This document shows, piece after piece, positions 1 to 8,834 of a DNA stretch of 48,593 nt. This stretch comes from a virus. The notes below the pieces were generated by a model. It ran no database searches, was not told the origin of the DNA, and saw only the letters and a list, made by a program, of their open reading frames with translations. Made by a program: the position numbers and the translations under genes. Location of the stretch: UHGV virus genome UHGV-1371021; one strand, given 5' to 3'. The first letter of the stretch is position 1. Every line of letters starts with the position of its first letter.

Positions 1-1503
1 GGGTCGTTTTTAGTACCACATCCATCATCAAAAATACGGATGCCATGCTTATCGAAGCCGCAACGGATATAACTGAAAAACTCTTCGCATCGACCATCTG
101 GCGACAATGCATCTTTGCCAATGCAGCGGCGCGCATATGGGCTGTTCATTGTTCCGCACTTAGGACACGGAACTTGTTCGCCACTGCGTTTCGAACGTTG
201 CGCTTCAGCCTCTTCCAGAATTGGGTCTTCATATAGCTGACCAAGCTCAAACATCGTGCCAGAGAAATCAAGAACAAGATGGTCTTCTTTATGATACCCG
301 GCATCAATTTGCTCTTTCTTCAGCAAGCGCATTCCGCGACCAAGCAACTGCACAAGAAGAGTGAGTGACATTATTTTTCGCAATATGACGCTTGTATCCC
401 AGAGGGGGATATTGACGCCGGTCGTCAAGCAACCAATTTGAAAAACATATTTAATCTTGCCAGTGTATGCGTCTTTTAACGCCTTGCGTCTGGCTTTCAT
501 ACCCATATCTTCAGTGACGATCGCATAACTTCCTTCAGGTAAATATTTTGCCGCCTCCTGACAGTGCTTCTTGCCAGCGCATGTAATCAATACGCCATTT
601 CTGTTTTTTGTCAGCTCCATAACCTTGAGCATGATTTTCTGCGTCAATGTACCTTGCTCAAGGATTTCTTTTTGCATCTGCTTGAGCTGCTCGGAAGTAA
701 AATCCTGCGTGCCATCACTTCCTGACGCTTCAAATGCTGACAGGTCGTAATGCAAATCATCAATGTCATGCAGACCAAAAATCGTAGGCACAAGAAACCC
801 AATATCAACAAGATATTTGGTATCAATGTTTACTATTTCATGCTTCCAGTAAGCACCCTTAATCGAGTCGGTGCCACGAAACGGGCTACCTGTGTATCCA
901 ATAACAATGACGTTGTGACCGTATTTAGCCTTACATCTGCGGTTAAGTTCAGTCATGATGACGCCATATTGCGTTTCAGGACTTTCGCTTACCACGTCCT
1001 CCCAGTTCATCTGGTGGCATTCGTCAATAAGGATATAGCGAGGGCAAAAATCCGAAAGCGCACCTTTAGAAAGAATATTACCTGAGTCGTCATTCTTATC
1101 GAAAAGACCATTTATTATTGTTCCCTCCGTGCCAGCAATAAGCGGATATGCCGTTGACTTTCTGCCAAGAGACGCGCTAAATAGTGAGTTTTTAACACTC
1201 AGATTCCAAAGTTCTTCCGCATCCTGCTCAATAATTTCCCCTTGTCTGGCAATAACAAGACCTTCCCACCCCATATCCTGAAAGCGTCGCGCAATCATGG
1301 CAATCATAATGGTCTTTCCAGCACCTACCGATGCGGTAACGAAACTTGGCTTAGGGTCTTTTCCGAACTTGCGGATAACTTCAGCCGTCTTTTCATAAAC
1401 CAGCCATTGATAAGGTCTTGGCTCAATCTCACCCGTATGAACAACTGACCGCAATTTGTTTATATCCAGCTCCGCAATCATTGCGTCTATTTTATGCGTC
1501 ATA
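1..1503 (-). CDS. SF2 DEAD/DEAH-type helicase, N-terminal ~500 codons (ORF runs off the window start and continues at 48593..48143)
   Basis: Minus-strand ORF with no in-window stop, so absent from the ORF track. It has Walker A TASVGAGKT, a DECH box, motif VI QLLGRGMR and then CxxC zinc-ribbon repeats. ATG 1503 has an AAAGG RBS, but the long frame opens only after a TAA at 1461-1463. This implies a 1-nt frame change between 1461 and 1432, or an alternative TTG start at 1445. Confidence 0.8.
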
Positions 1504-1518
1504 GCAACTAACCTTTGT

Positions 1519-1547
1519 TGATGTTTCTACGTCAGTTAGCTTATACT
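1519..1547 (+). promoter_or_regulatory. sigma70-like promoter TTGATG-N17-TTATAC upstream of the primase gene
   Basis: Hexamers with 17-bp spacing about 30 nt upstream of ATG 1578. Overlaps a tctacgtca motif. Confidence 0.4.
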
Positions 1548-1577
1548 CAATCTACACCAACAATCAAGGGTCAATTT

Positions 1578-2531
1578 ATGAGATACGACTGGAAAGACAT
1601 TGAGCCAAAAATGATCGGAAACTGGCAGGCCGCCATCATGTCTATCGTCAATGTGGATAGCAGAGTTTTCAATGGCAAGCACCAGCCATGCCCGTCATGT
1701 CTTGGCAAAGACAGGTATCGCTTTGATGACAACTTCGAAACAAAAGGCGATGGCGGTGCAATCTGCAATCAGTGCGGTTCCGGCAGCGGAATGAACTGGC
1801 TGATGAAACTCTCCGGCATGAACTTTCCCGAAGCACTTGAGGCGCTAGGTGGATTCCTGAATATGCACCCACGCGAAAAGCTGGAGGCAATCAGGAAGGA
1901 GTTACCGAAGATAAATTACAACGATGACTTCATCACCGAACAGGAAGTCGCCGCAATCATGGCTAAAACAACGCGTGTCGCAATGAATGAGTGGACTTTG
2001 ATAAATGGTATTGGTTGCGACATTAACGTCGTCAGAGGTAAATCTGGGGAGCTTATTGCTGTTGAACTGATGCGTGCTGACACAATGAAGCCGTGCAACG
2101 TGGCATTCATTGGCATGGATGATTATTCATTCAGAACGTTTTTCCGTGCTGGATACGACAAAGACTCAGCTATCAACGGAAAGCTCACGCGCGGAGCGAT
2201 AAGCCCAATCGGAGAAGACAACGGAAAGTTCATTTACCTGGTATCTGATTATGCCGATGCGTGGAAGTGCCATTACTTCACTGGCGCTCATGTCTGGTGC
2301 TGCTGGTCGCCGGAAAATATGTGGGAAGTGGTGCGTTCTGTTAGCGATGAGACGAAAGCACGGTTACGCTGCATAGTTAATTATAAATTTGACGAACTTT
2401 GCGCTGCGGAAAACGCAGGACTACCGGTGATGCTGCCTGATGATGCTGACACAATCAGGATGGCAAAGAGAATCAGGAGAAAAATTTATGACGCTGGCGA
2501 GTTGATAGGTAAAATGTCAGTAAGCAGATAA
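1578..2531 (+). CDS. DNA primase (zinc-ribbon primase-helicase-type Zn-binding domain plus TOPRIM-like region)
   Basis: CPSC...CNQC zinc ribbon (KDRYRFDD...GDGGAICNQCG). AAGGG RBS 7 nt upstream of ATG 1578. Divergent from the helicase gene. The upstream in-frame ATG at 1515 lacks an RBS. Confidence 0.65.
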   Translation: MRYDWKDIEPKMIGNWQAAIMSIVNVDSRVFNGKHQPCPSCLGKDRYRFDDNFETKGDGGAICNQCGSGSGMNWLMKLSGMNFPEALEALGGFLNMHPREKLEAIRKELPKINYNDDFITEQEVAAIMAKTTRVAMNEWTLINGIGCDINVVRGKSGELIAVELMRADTMKPCNVAFIGMDDYSFRTFFRAGYDKDSAINGKLTRGAISPIGEDNGKFIYLVSDYADAWKCHYFTGAHVWCCWSPENMWEVVRSVSDETKARLRCIVNYKFDELCAAENAGLPVMLPDDADTIRMAKRIRRKIYDAGELIGKMSVSR

Positions 2532-2532
2532 C

Positions 2533-2562
2533 AAAAACCCTCCGATTGGAGGGTTTTTGTTA
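2533..2562. terminator. Rho-independent, probably bidirectional terminator (aaaccctccGATTggagggttttt)
   Basis: 9-bp GC-rich stem with a T-run. Lies between convergent genes. Confidence 0.8.
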
Positions 2563-2632
2563 TTCATTAAACTCTGGCGCTTCAGGCCAGAAGTGCTCAG
2601 GTAAGATTTTTAGTTCGTGTGCTCTGCTTATC

Positions 2633-2830
2633 TTAAACATCATCATAACACCAATATGCAACACGCATTATTTCAACCAAATCATTTGATGATAAAAACT
2701 TATTGCCATTATAAATTGCGTGGATTCTTTCACCATCAACAGTTAATGCCACAACATTTCGTCCTATTTGTGGTCTCCACAGATAGCAATCAAACCATTC
2801 AACATCATACCAATCATCTTCTGGAATCAT
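2633..2830 (-). CDS. hypothetical protein (65 aa)
   Basis: ATGA start/stop overlap with the upstream gene indicates translational coupling. No recognisable domain. Confidence 0.5.
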   Translation of the reverse strand: MIPEDDWYDVEWFDCYLWRPQIGRNVVALTVDGERIHAIYNGNKFLSSNDLVEIMRVAYWCYDDV

Positions 2831-4380
2831 TTCAACCTCGGATTAATGTGGACAGTATTACCAATAAAAACGCAGTAACCATCCTCTTCAAGTGATGGTA
2901 ATACACTTGATCTGAGTCGGTCATAAATTTTAGGTATACCTTTGAATGGTCGCACGTTTTTAAGTGAATCATAAAGCCACTTCACCGTTACGTTTGTTTT
3001 TCCTTTCTGAGCGGCAGAGCGTAGCTTTTCGGCAACAACATCAAATTCAGAACGCTCGCCAGCATATCCATTTGATTCCACGGCGTCGGTGAATGTTTTT
3101 GTCAGTGCGTCATAAACACTGATAGCTCGACTAATTTCATTCTCACCGATAATCTTTGAACGCTTTCCTCCATCGCACCAGTTTTCAGCAGCGTGAAATA
3201 TTGCTGCCAGACGGATTATTTGCTTATCAGCTTTACCCATCGCGCCACGAAGAAGAACGTGGTCCCACTTACCGCCGGGAAGGAAGTTTTTCTCCCACTG
3301 ATTTCGTAACAGGCCGATCATTCTTGCTGAGTCATTGTGAAGCGTCAGTTTTGTTTTTTCTGCTGACACAACATTATGTATAAATCTTGCATATTCCGAC
3401 CTCAAGCTGTCTGGCATTGGCTTGCTTACAGGGCAATCATTAACCATGTCCCAGTGTTCGCGATAGCCAAGCATTGATTGCTCGCGCAACATCAGGAAAC
3501 GCTCAGAAAGCCCGTTACCCCTGTCGCCAGCGGCAAGAATGGCATCAATACTTTCATCCTGCGCAATCACACTTATGTTTCCAAGAACATAACCAGATGA
3601 AACGCCACGACCAACACGAGCAGAACCAATAAATCCACCATCCCAGCCCTTCAGGATTACTTCGGCGTTTGCCTTTCCACCTTCTTTTCCGTAAGAAAGG
3701 CCAAGGCAGGTGTTAAGAACGCTTGCCTCGTCACTTATCAGATTAAAAAAACCACCTTCATGAATGGCCTGATGCTGGACAGCCTCCGGCGTTGCATCCG
3801 TCAGTGGATATGTAATCGTATAAAGCTCATCCAGCTTCTCCTTTTCGCGAGCAATATCGTCGCCGATTAGTGCCTTTGCATTCTGGTTGCTGGCCTCCTT
3901 GTATGCCTTCATCAACTCTTCAATGCGAAGATTTATTTTTATGATCTGCTTTTCCATATTTTTGGAAAGGTTGTCATATTCAATCTTCACCGGATTCATA
4001 TGCATTGAGTTGATAGCGGTTTTCCCTGCTGATGGAGGCTGAGAAGTAACCACGTAAAGAGAAACTGGAAGTTCTGAATGGTAATACTCAACGCTAAAGT
4101 TTCTCGTCATTGCGCTGGCAACGCACCCAAGTAAATGCATGAACGATGTATTTATTGGGAACTGAACGGCACGAGCTGCAGCGATTGCATAACGAGACAG
4201 CAAATCAGTACGGTGCTCACTGGTGAGTTCTGTTTCTGAGTACGTTACATCACGCTCCTTGCCTTCCTTGATGTCAAGCCACATGTTTGAGCTTGGTGTC
4301 ATGCCATGATGGAAGGCAACACGAGCCGGAGATACTTTTAACTCCCTTGCTTCATTGAAGATATCTTGCGCTGTGATCAT
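2827..4380 (-). CDS. replication-associated protein, DUF3987-like (primase/helicase-associated family, tentative)
   Basis: 517-aa ORF adjacent to the primase. P-loop-like PPSAGKT. Family assignment is from memory of DUF3987 architecture and is not verified. Confidence 0.6.
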   Translation of the reverse strand: MITAQDIFNEARELKVSPARVAFHHGMTPSSNMWLDIKEGKERDVTYSETELTSEHRTDLLSRYAIAAARAVQFPINTSFMHLLGCVASAMTRNFSVEYYHSELPVSLYVVTSQPPSAGKTAINSMHMNPVKIEYDNLSKNMEKQIIKINLRIEELMKAYKEASNQNAKALIGDDIAREKEKLDELYTITYPLTDATPEAVQHQAIHEGGFFNLISDEASVLNTCLGLSYGKEGGKANAEVILKGWDGGFIGSARVGRGVSSGYVLGNISVIAQDESIDAILAAGDRGNGLSERFLMLREQSMLGYREHWDMVNDCPVSKPMPDSLRSEYARFIHNVVSAEKTKLTLHNDSARMIGLLRNQWEKNFLPGGKWDHVLLRGAMGKADKQIIRLAAIFHAAENWCDGGKRSKIIGENEISRAISVYDALTKTFTDAVESNGYAGERSEFDVVAEKLRSAAQKGKTNVTVKWLYDSLKNVRPFKGIPKIYDRLRSSVLPSLEEDGYCVFIGNTVHINPRLK

Positions 4381-4653
4381 TTAAACCTCGTACTCTGTTT
4401 CAAATTTCTCATGAGGATTTTCTGATAACCATTCCTTGGCTCTCAAAACTGCAGCGTTTGCTTCCTCTGCCGTTTCAAACATACCAAGCTCATATCTTTT
4501 CTTGAGTACCATCACTCTCGCTCTGAATTTTTTTGATGCCTTGTGGTAATCAACACCGTAGTATCCAGTGGTTGATTTTGATGATGCAACCCACCCAGCA
4601 CCACGACCTTGCTTGTTTAATTTACGCTTTAACAATACGCCATGATTGCTCAT
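4381..4653 (-). CDS. stand-alone AP2-domain DNA-binding protein (90 aa)
   Basis: GYYGV.YHK..KKFRARV....K...LG.F.T.EEA..A pattern typical of AP2 domains found in HNH homing endonucleases. First gene of the leftward operon, immediately next to the palindromic repeats. Confidence 0.6.
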   Translation of the reverse strand: MSNHGVLLKRKLNKQGRGAGWVASSKSTTGYYGVDYHKASKKFRARVMVLKKRYELGMFETAEEANAAVLRAKEWLSENPHEKFETEYEV

Positions 4654-4749
4654 TTCCGCTCCAAAATCAATTATTTCCCCAAAAGACTACCACCAATTCC
4701 CCAGCATTGCAACACAACCAAAAGCGCCAAAAGGGGTAAATTGGGTTAA

Positions 4750-4774
4750 CGTGGGGCAACCAACCTGCCCCACG
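4750..4774. repeat. perfect 25-bp palindrome CGTGGGGCA-ACCAACC-TGCCCCACG (copy 1)
   Basis: Exact inverted repeat with 9-bp arms and a 7-nt centre. Identical copy at 4981..5005. Confidence 0.9.
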
Positions 4775-4775
4775 G

Positions 4776-4979
4776 AACTTTACTCTAAGTATATGTAATA
4801 TAATAAAATTATTATTATTTGGGTTAATGGGTAATATTATTATTCATATTATAGATAGTAATTAACATAATATTAACAAATGGATTATTTGAATATATTT
4901 ATAAGGGGATGGGTATGAAATCTGCCCCTTTTACCCACGAAAAATAAAAAACATTCAAATCAATGATTTACGATGAAAA
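4776..4979. other. AT-rich ~200-bp spacer between the palindromes, a candidate DNA unwinding element or origin core
   Basis: Very AT-rich, no ORF above 15 codons. Contains degenerate TGCCCC/ACCCACG half-sites at 4925..4941. Confidence 0.45.
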
Positions 4980-4980
4980 A

Positions 4981-5036
4981 CGTGGGGCAACCAACCTGCC
5001 CCACGACCTGCCCCACGGGCAAAAATTTACCCCACG
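4981..5036. repeat. palindrome copy 2 followed by direct repeats of the ACCTGCCCCACG half-site (iteron-like cluster)
   Basis: 4981..5005 is identical to 4750..4774. 5006..5017 repeats ACCTGCCCCACG. 5030..5036 is CCCCACG again. Confidence 0.85.
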
Positions 5037-5059
5037 AGCACGTTTTTAACGCGTTCATG

Positions 5060-5088
5060 TTGACGTAGAATCATCGTTGATGTAGATT
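5060..5088 (+). promoter_or_regulatory. early rightward promoter TTGACG-N17-TAGATT
   Basis: Near-consensus hexamers with 17-bp spacing, about 30 nt upstream of the first early gene at 5119. Confidence 0.55.
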
Positions 5089-5118
5089 GAACTCATCGAA
5101 ACAAACGAGGGTGAAGAG

Positions 5119-5334
5119 ATGAGTAATAAAAATCCGAGTTTCAGCGCATCGATGAAAAGCAAAAGTGGTGATGACATCATGATTTCAGCCAAGTTTAACC
5201 GTGTAGAGATGGAGGCTGAGAATGACTTCATGTTTATGACAACGGAACAGGCAATCGAACTTGCAGGAATTCTTGTATCAGCTGCCGAAGTAGCAAATGA
5301 GCAGTTAGGGTTAATGCAGCAACAGAAAAACTAA
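5119..5334 (+). CDS. hypothetical early protein (71 aa)
   Basis: ORF with a GAGGG RBS. First gene after the promoter. Confidence 0.55.
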   Translation: MSNKNPSFSASMKSKSGDDIMISAKFNRVEMEAENDFMFMTTEQAIELAGILVSAAEVANEQLGLMQQQKN

Positions 5335-5348
5335 ATGAGGAATCAGCG

Positions 5349-5495
5349 ATGAAAAGCAAAGACCGCGAAGAATTTGAAGATGCACAAGCCATGGCACGCA
5401 TTGCAGTTAACCGCGCAAACAACAGCATCCCAGCAGAAGCATTCTGGAACGCAGCAATGCAGGCTTTAATCTCAGCGTATGGGTTAAGCAAATGA
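5349..5495 (+). CDS. hypothetical small protein (48 aa)
   Basis: ATG with a GAGGA RBS. Below the track cutoff. Confidence 0.4.
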   Translation: MKSKDREEFEDAQAMARIAVNRANNSIPAEAFWNAAMQALISAYGLSK

Positions 5496-5587
5496 CAGGA
5501 GCAGCATTCGAGCTTATCGCCAGTCTGGTTATCGTGGCATTCATCATTATCGCAGTGGCAGTTTCTAAATCAGGTTATAAGGAGTAA
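5492..5587 (+). CDS. small hydrophobic peptide (31 aa, single TM)
   Basis: ATGA overlap with the upstream stop. LIASLVIVAFIIIAVAV. Confidence 0.3.
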   Translation: MTGAAFELIASLVIVAFIIIAVAVSKSGYKE

Positions 5588-5590
5588 TAA

Positions 5591-5773
5591 ATGGCAAAGA
5601 CTATCTATCGTCGCGAGAAGCTGGAACAAGAACTCGGTCACGTTGGCGCGCAAAACTTTATGAGTAAGCAGGCACGCAATGCAATGGAATCTATCCGCGT
5701 AAATCGCGTTGTGCGCGTGTTTAATGGTAAAGGTAAACGCAGAGTAATGGATGAGCTGATTATCGTATTCTGA
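5591..5773 (+). CDS. hypothetical basic protein (60 aa)
   Basis: ORF track entry. AAGGAG RBS. Confidence 0.5.
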   Translation: MAKTIYRREKLEQELGHVGAQNFMSKQARNAMESIRVNRVVRVFNGKGKRRVMDELIIVF

Positions 5774-5809
5774 CATCGATTCAGTGCTATTATTTTTAAT
5801 GGTGATGAT

Positions 5810-6043
5810 ATGGCAAAAGTAAAAACATACGAGTTCTGGTTTGCTCAGAACAAAATGTATGCGAGCAAGACAATCAAGCGAGCGCACTGGTGGAATAAGT
5901 GGTTAATCATGTCTGGCTGCATCGTGCTGGCAAAGTGCAAATTCAAAGCGATTGACATCACAGATGAGGATGCGCTCAAAATCGCAAAGATTGAGTTTGA
6001 AGAAGATGGCTATTACGAAGAAATTATGGGGGTTAGGGTATGA
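5810..6043 (+). CDS. hypothetical protein (77 aa)
   Basis: ORF track entry. Coupled to the next gene (ATGA). Confidence 0.5.
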   Translation: MAKVKTYEFWFAQNKMYASKTIKRAHWWNKWLIMSGCIVLAKCKFKAIDITDEDALKIAKIEFEEDGYYEEIMGVRV

Positions 6044-6570
6044 GTGAAGTTAAGCGTTATGACATGAGAGTTGCAACTGGTAGCGTTGAGTCTTACGACT
6101 CGGCAACTCTTGAATACGACTACCTAAATGACCAGATTGAATACTGGAAAAACAAAAGCATCAATATCACTGAGCAACGCAACGAGCTGGCTGTGGAGAA
6201 TGCGGGGCTGAATAAATTCATCACTCAGAGTTGCTACGTGTTTGATGGCGAGCAGCATGAAATATCAGATGCTTATATCTGCGCTACAGATGGCGGAATG
6301 CCAGAAACCCAAACAACAGACGCTTTTCTTAATGACGTACTGGTGAAGTCCCGCAAGGAAGGAGCTTACTTTGTAGCGAACAGAATGCTTGCTGCATGGG
6401 ATGCTGGTTTTATTGATGATACCGCGAAGAACGCCGCTGATATTGCCCGGATGATCCTTACCTCCACAGAGTTTATGGCTGCTGCGCCGGAAGGGGATTT
6501 TGACCGCTCGTTCGCTGATGGCGTACTTGAAGATATTGCCGCCCAGATTCGCAAAGGAGTGCAGTCATGA
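6040..6570 (+). CDS. hypothetical protein (176 aa)
   Basis: ORF track entry. No recognisable domain. Confidence 0.6.
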   Translation: MSEVKRYDMRVATGSVESYDSATLEYDYLNDQIEYWKNKSINITEQRNELAVENAGLNKFITQSCYVFDGEQHEISDAYICATDGGMPETQTTDAFLNDVLVKSRKEGAYFVANRMLAAWDAGFIDDTAKNAADIARMILTSTEFMAAAPEGDFDRSFADGVLEDIAAQIRKGVQS

Positions 6571-6728
6571 GCGATTATTTAAAGCCTGGTGAGATTCGCT
6601 GCTGGTCGTGCAAGCAGTGGATGTCGAATAACGAGTTTCAGAATGCTGATGGATATTGCGTTCATTGCGACGCGCCAATTGATGTTCTGGATGAGCCGTA
6701 TATTGATATTCAAGAGGCAGCCCAATGA
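6567..6728 (+). CDS. small zinc-ribbon protein (53 aa, CxxC...CxxC)
   Basis: ATGA-coupled ORF. CWSC...CVHC. Confidence 0.45.
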   Translation: MSDYLKPGEIRCWSCKQWMSNNEFQNADGYCVHCDAPIDVLDEPYIDIQEAAQ

Positions 6729-7348
6729 AAGCACTCAACAAACAGGTACACCAAACTGAAAACGAGCGCATGGCTCAGTCTCTGGCAGAAAGAAATGGCG
6801 AACCAGTTGAAGGTTTGCGCCAGCGCATTTCAGAGCTTGAAGAAATCGCCAATGACTACGGAATGAAGTTCCAGAAGGCTCAGGACGCTTTAAAGCATCA
6901 GGCTCTGCTGCATAAATCTCAGTTGGAAGCCGCAGAGAACAACCTCATTGATAGCGAATGTCATGTTGCTGAACTGGAGGAAGCTCTACGTGATAAACAG
7001 GCGTTACTTGAGGTGCTGGATAATTCCCTCTGCGAACTCCTGCCCGGAACTCAGTACATGGATCCTCCAGATGGTGGCAGCGTTACACCACTGGAACAAG
7101 TGCGACGGATGGTTGCTGACTACCGGAATCGGATTGCAGAACTGGAGGCGCGGACGTTCAAACCAGTTATGTTCATTGACGGCGATATTTCACCTGCTGA
7201 CGCCGACAAGCTGGCTTCTGTAATTCGAGGGTTCAACGAAGAAACAGAAACTCCAGCAGCAAGAATGGCGAGGATTATTCGCGAAAATCCACATCCAACA
7301 AACATGTGCGATATGCCAGCCGCTGGCATTGGCGTGAAGGGGGAGTGA
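6725..7348 (+). CDS. hypothetical coiled-coil protein (207 aa)
   Basis: ORF track entry. Heptad-rich E/L/Q sequence. Confidence 0.6.
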   Translation: MKALNKQVHQTENERMAQSLAERNGEPVEGLRQRISELEEIANDYGMKFQKAQDALKHQALLHKSQLEAAENNLIDSECHVAELEEALRDKQALLEVLDNSLCELLPGTQYMDPPDGGSVTPLEQVRRMVADYRNRIAELEARTFKPVMFIDGDISPADADKLASVIRGFNEETETPAARMARIIRENPHPTNMCDMPAAGIGVKGE

Positions 7349-7351
7349 GAT

Positions 7352-7507
7352 ATGTGGGTATTAATTATCTGGATGATTGGCAGCAGCCCATCAATCGCCA
7401 CTCAGGAATTTAACTCAGAATCATCATGCCGAGCCGCATTTGCTGAAGTAAAAAAGGTAAACGACGGTGGGGTATATCTTCGTGGCGCATGTACGCCAAA
7501 GGACTAA
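7352..7507 (+). CDS. hypothetical small protein (51 aa)
   Basis: GGGGGAG RBS. N-terminal hydrophobic segment. Confidence 0.35.
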   Translation: MWVLIIWMIGSSPSIATQEFNSESSCRAAFAEVKKVNDGGVYLRGACTPKD

Positions 7508-7509
7508 CC

Positions 7510-8445
7510 ATGACAACTAACAACCACCCGGCGCACGGTCCTGTATCACTCGATCGCCTGCACCAGATACGCGAAATACTCAGCAAAGCATCAGCACAAA
7601 GCGACGGCGGTAATCTCGGCTACGCAATGGCTGATGCTGTGAAGGCGATTGATGAAGTGCTGGTAGCGAGGAATGCGGAGCCGGTTTTTTTCATTGAGAT
7701 TGAGGGCGACGACTGGATTCAGGCTGGCAGGATTCCAGGCAGTACATTTGACTTTAATAACCTGCCAGACGGTATCAATAAGCTTTTCGCTACCCCGCCA
7801 GTGCCGGTAGTGCCGGATGAAAAGTGTGATGATGACGGTAACACCACGTCTGAGTTTGATTACGGCTGGAACGCCTGTCGCACCGCCATGCTTCAGGGTA
7901 AAGCTGAACCTGCAAGCGAGCCTTGCAAGTTGCGTGAGCAGGTACGCCGTGAACATGCAGCATGGTCACTGGCTACTTTCGGGGATGTCGGCCCAGTTGG
8001 TCCGCTGAAGCACCTTTCCAAAGAAGCGCTCGAGGCCGCTGCGGAACCAGGCGACCTTAGCGAATGGGCTGACATGCAATTCCTGTTATGGGATGCGCAA
8101 CGTCGTGCCGGTATCAGTGATGAGCAGATTACCCTGGCGATGGTAGAAAAGTTGGCGGTTAACAAACAGCGCGAATGGCCTGAGCCGAAAGATGGTGAGC
8201 CACGACTGCACATCAAGAAGGCTGGCAACTCTCCGGTAACTCTTGATACATGGATTCCGGTAAGCGAGCGGATGCCGGAAAAGGGACAGGAAGTGTTGTG
8301 CACAGACCAGTTTCATAACTACGAAACAGCACTGTACGACATAGGTTACATACCAGGACCACCATTTTTCGCGACAACAGCTGGGGAGTTTCATCCAACC
8401 CACTGGATGCCACTGCCAGCAGCACCGAGGCAGGAGGATTTATGA
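7510..8445 (+). CDS. hypothetical protein with a C-terminal DUF551-like domain
   Basis: AAGGA RBS before ATG 7510 (track start 7489 is in frame). C-terminus ...HPTHWMPLPAAP matches the DUF551 signature and resembles the ORF at 34373..34639. Confidence 0.6.
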   Translation: MTTNNHPAHGPVSLDRLHQIREILSKASAQSDGGNLGYAMADAVKAIDEVLVARNAEPVFFIEIEGDDWIQAGRIPGSTFDFNNLPDGINKLFATPPVPVVPDEKCDDDGNTTSEFDYGWNACRTAMLQGKAEPASEPCKLREQVRREHAAWSLATFGDVGPVGPLKHLSKEALEAAAEPGDLSEWADMQFLLWDAQRRAGISDEQITLAMVEKLAVNKQREWPEPKDGEPRLHIKKAGNSPVTLDTWIPVSERMPEKGQEVLCTDQFHNYETALYDIGYIPGPPFFATTAGEFHPTHWMPLPAAPRQEDL

Positions 8446-8543
8446 TTAACCGCAAGCGCTACTCAAAAGGCGCAAAAGTATTTCTTGCAATGTATGTGGT
8501 GACATTTATCGTAATTGTTGCTGCTATGGTGCATGTGCTATGA
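8442..8543 (+). CDS. small hydrophobic peptide (33 aa)
   Basis: ATGA-coupled. Single TM. Confidence 0.3.
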   Translation: MINRKRYSKGAKVFLAMYVVTFIVIVAAMVHVL

Positions 8544-8695
8544 AAACCACAAAGCAGAAAGTATGGCACAGTGCAAAGCAAAACGGCCTGGACGAATTTA
8601 TCACAAAGGTAGCAAAAGCATTTCCTGATGCGATTGAGGTCGTTGTTATCGAGACGCCAACTAAAACGGAGTGGGCATATGCAAAAGAGCAGTAA
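8540..8695 (+). CDS. hypothetical small protein (51 aa)
   Basis: ATGA-coupled ORF. Confidence 0.35.
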   Translation: MKTTKQKVWHSAKQNGLDEFITKVAKAFPDAIEVVVIETPTKTEWAYAKEQ

Positions 8696-8699
8696 TCGC

Positions 8700-8777
8700 A
8701 TGGCATGGTGTTTGTGCTTAGCATCAGCAGTAGTCACTTGCATCTGGATTTACATGCTTGCTCACTGGATGCTATAA
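8700..8777 (+). CDS. small hydrophobic peptide (25 aa)
   Basis: Last ORF of the early operon. Its stop lies inside a TGCTATAAT element. Confidence 0.25.
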   Translation: MAWCLCLASAVVTCIWIYMLAHWML

Positions 8778-8807
8778 TCAAGAAAACATCACCTCACATC
8801 ACCTTTT

Positions 8808-8834
8808 AACCCTCCTTGTGAGGGTTCTTTTTTA
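8808..8834. terminator. Rho-independent terminator ending the early rightward operon (aaccctcCTTGTgagggtt + T-run)
   Basis: Stem-loop plus a 6-T run. The hairpin is near-identical in sequence to the one at 12626..12652. Confidence 0.7.

Noticed and set aside
644-1448. Track ORFs 644..826(-), 750..1085(+), 1242..1448(+)
   Set aside because: All lie inside the long minus-strand helicase ORF, in other frames or on the other strand. They have no RBS and their composition is not protein-like.
1571-2116. Minus-strand ORFs 1571..1768, 1669..1890 and 1916..2116 antisense to the primase gene
   Set aside because: They are embedded in the better-supported primase ORF, which has a Zn-ribbon and an RBS. 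Arg/Cys/His-rich frames of this kind are typical of antisense artefacts.
8459-8743. Minus-strand ORFs 8459..8743 and 8524..8724
   Set aside because: They are antisense to a chain of ATGA-coupled small plus-strand ORFs that follow the early promoter. They would also be transcribed against the operon terminator.
8770-8834. Possible Q-like antitermination unit (promoter directly followed by a terminator) upstream of terS
   Set aside because: The TGCTATAAT overlaps the stop codon of the last early ORF and the hairpin is the natural terminator of that operon. I have no evidence for a qut-like site or a Q homologue.
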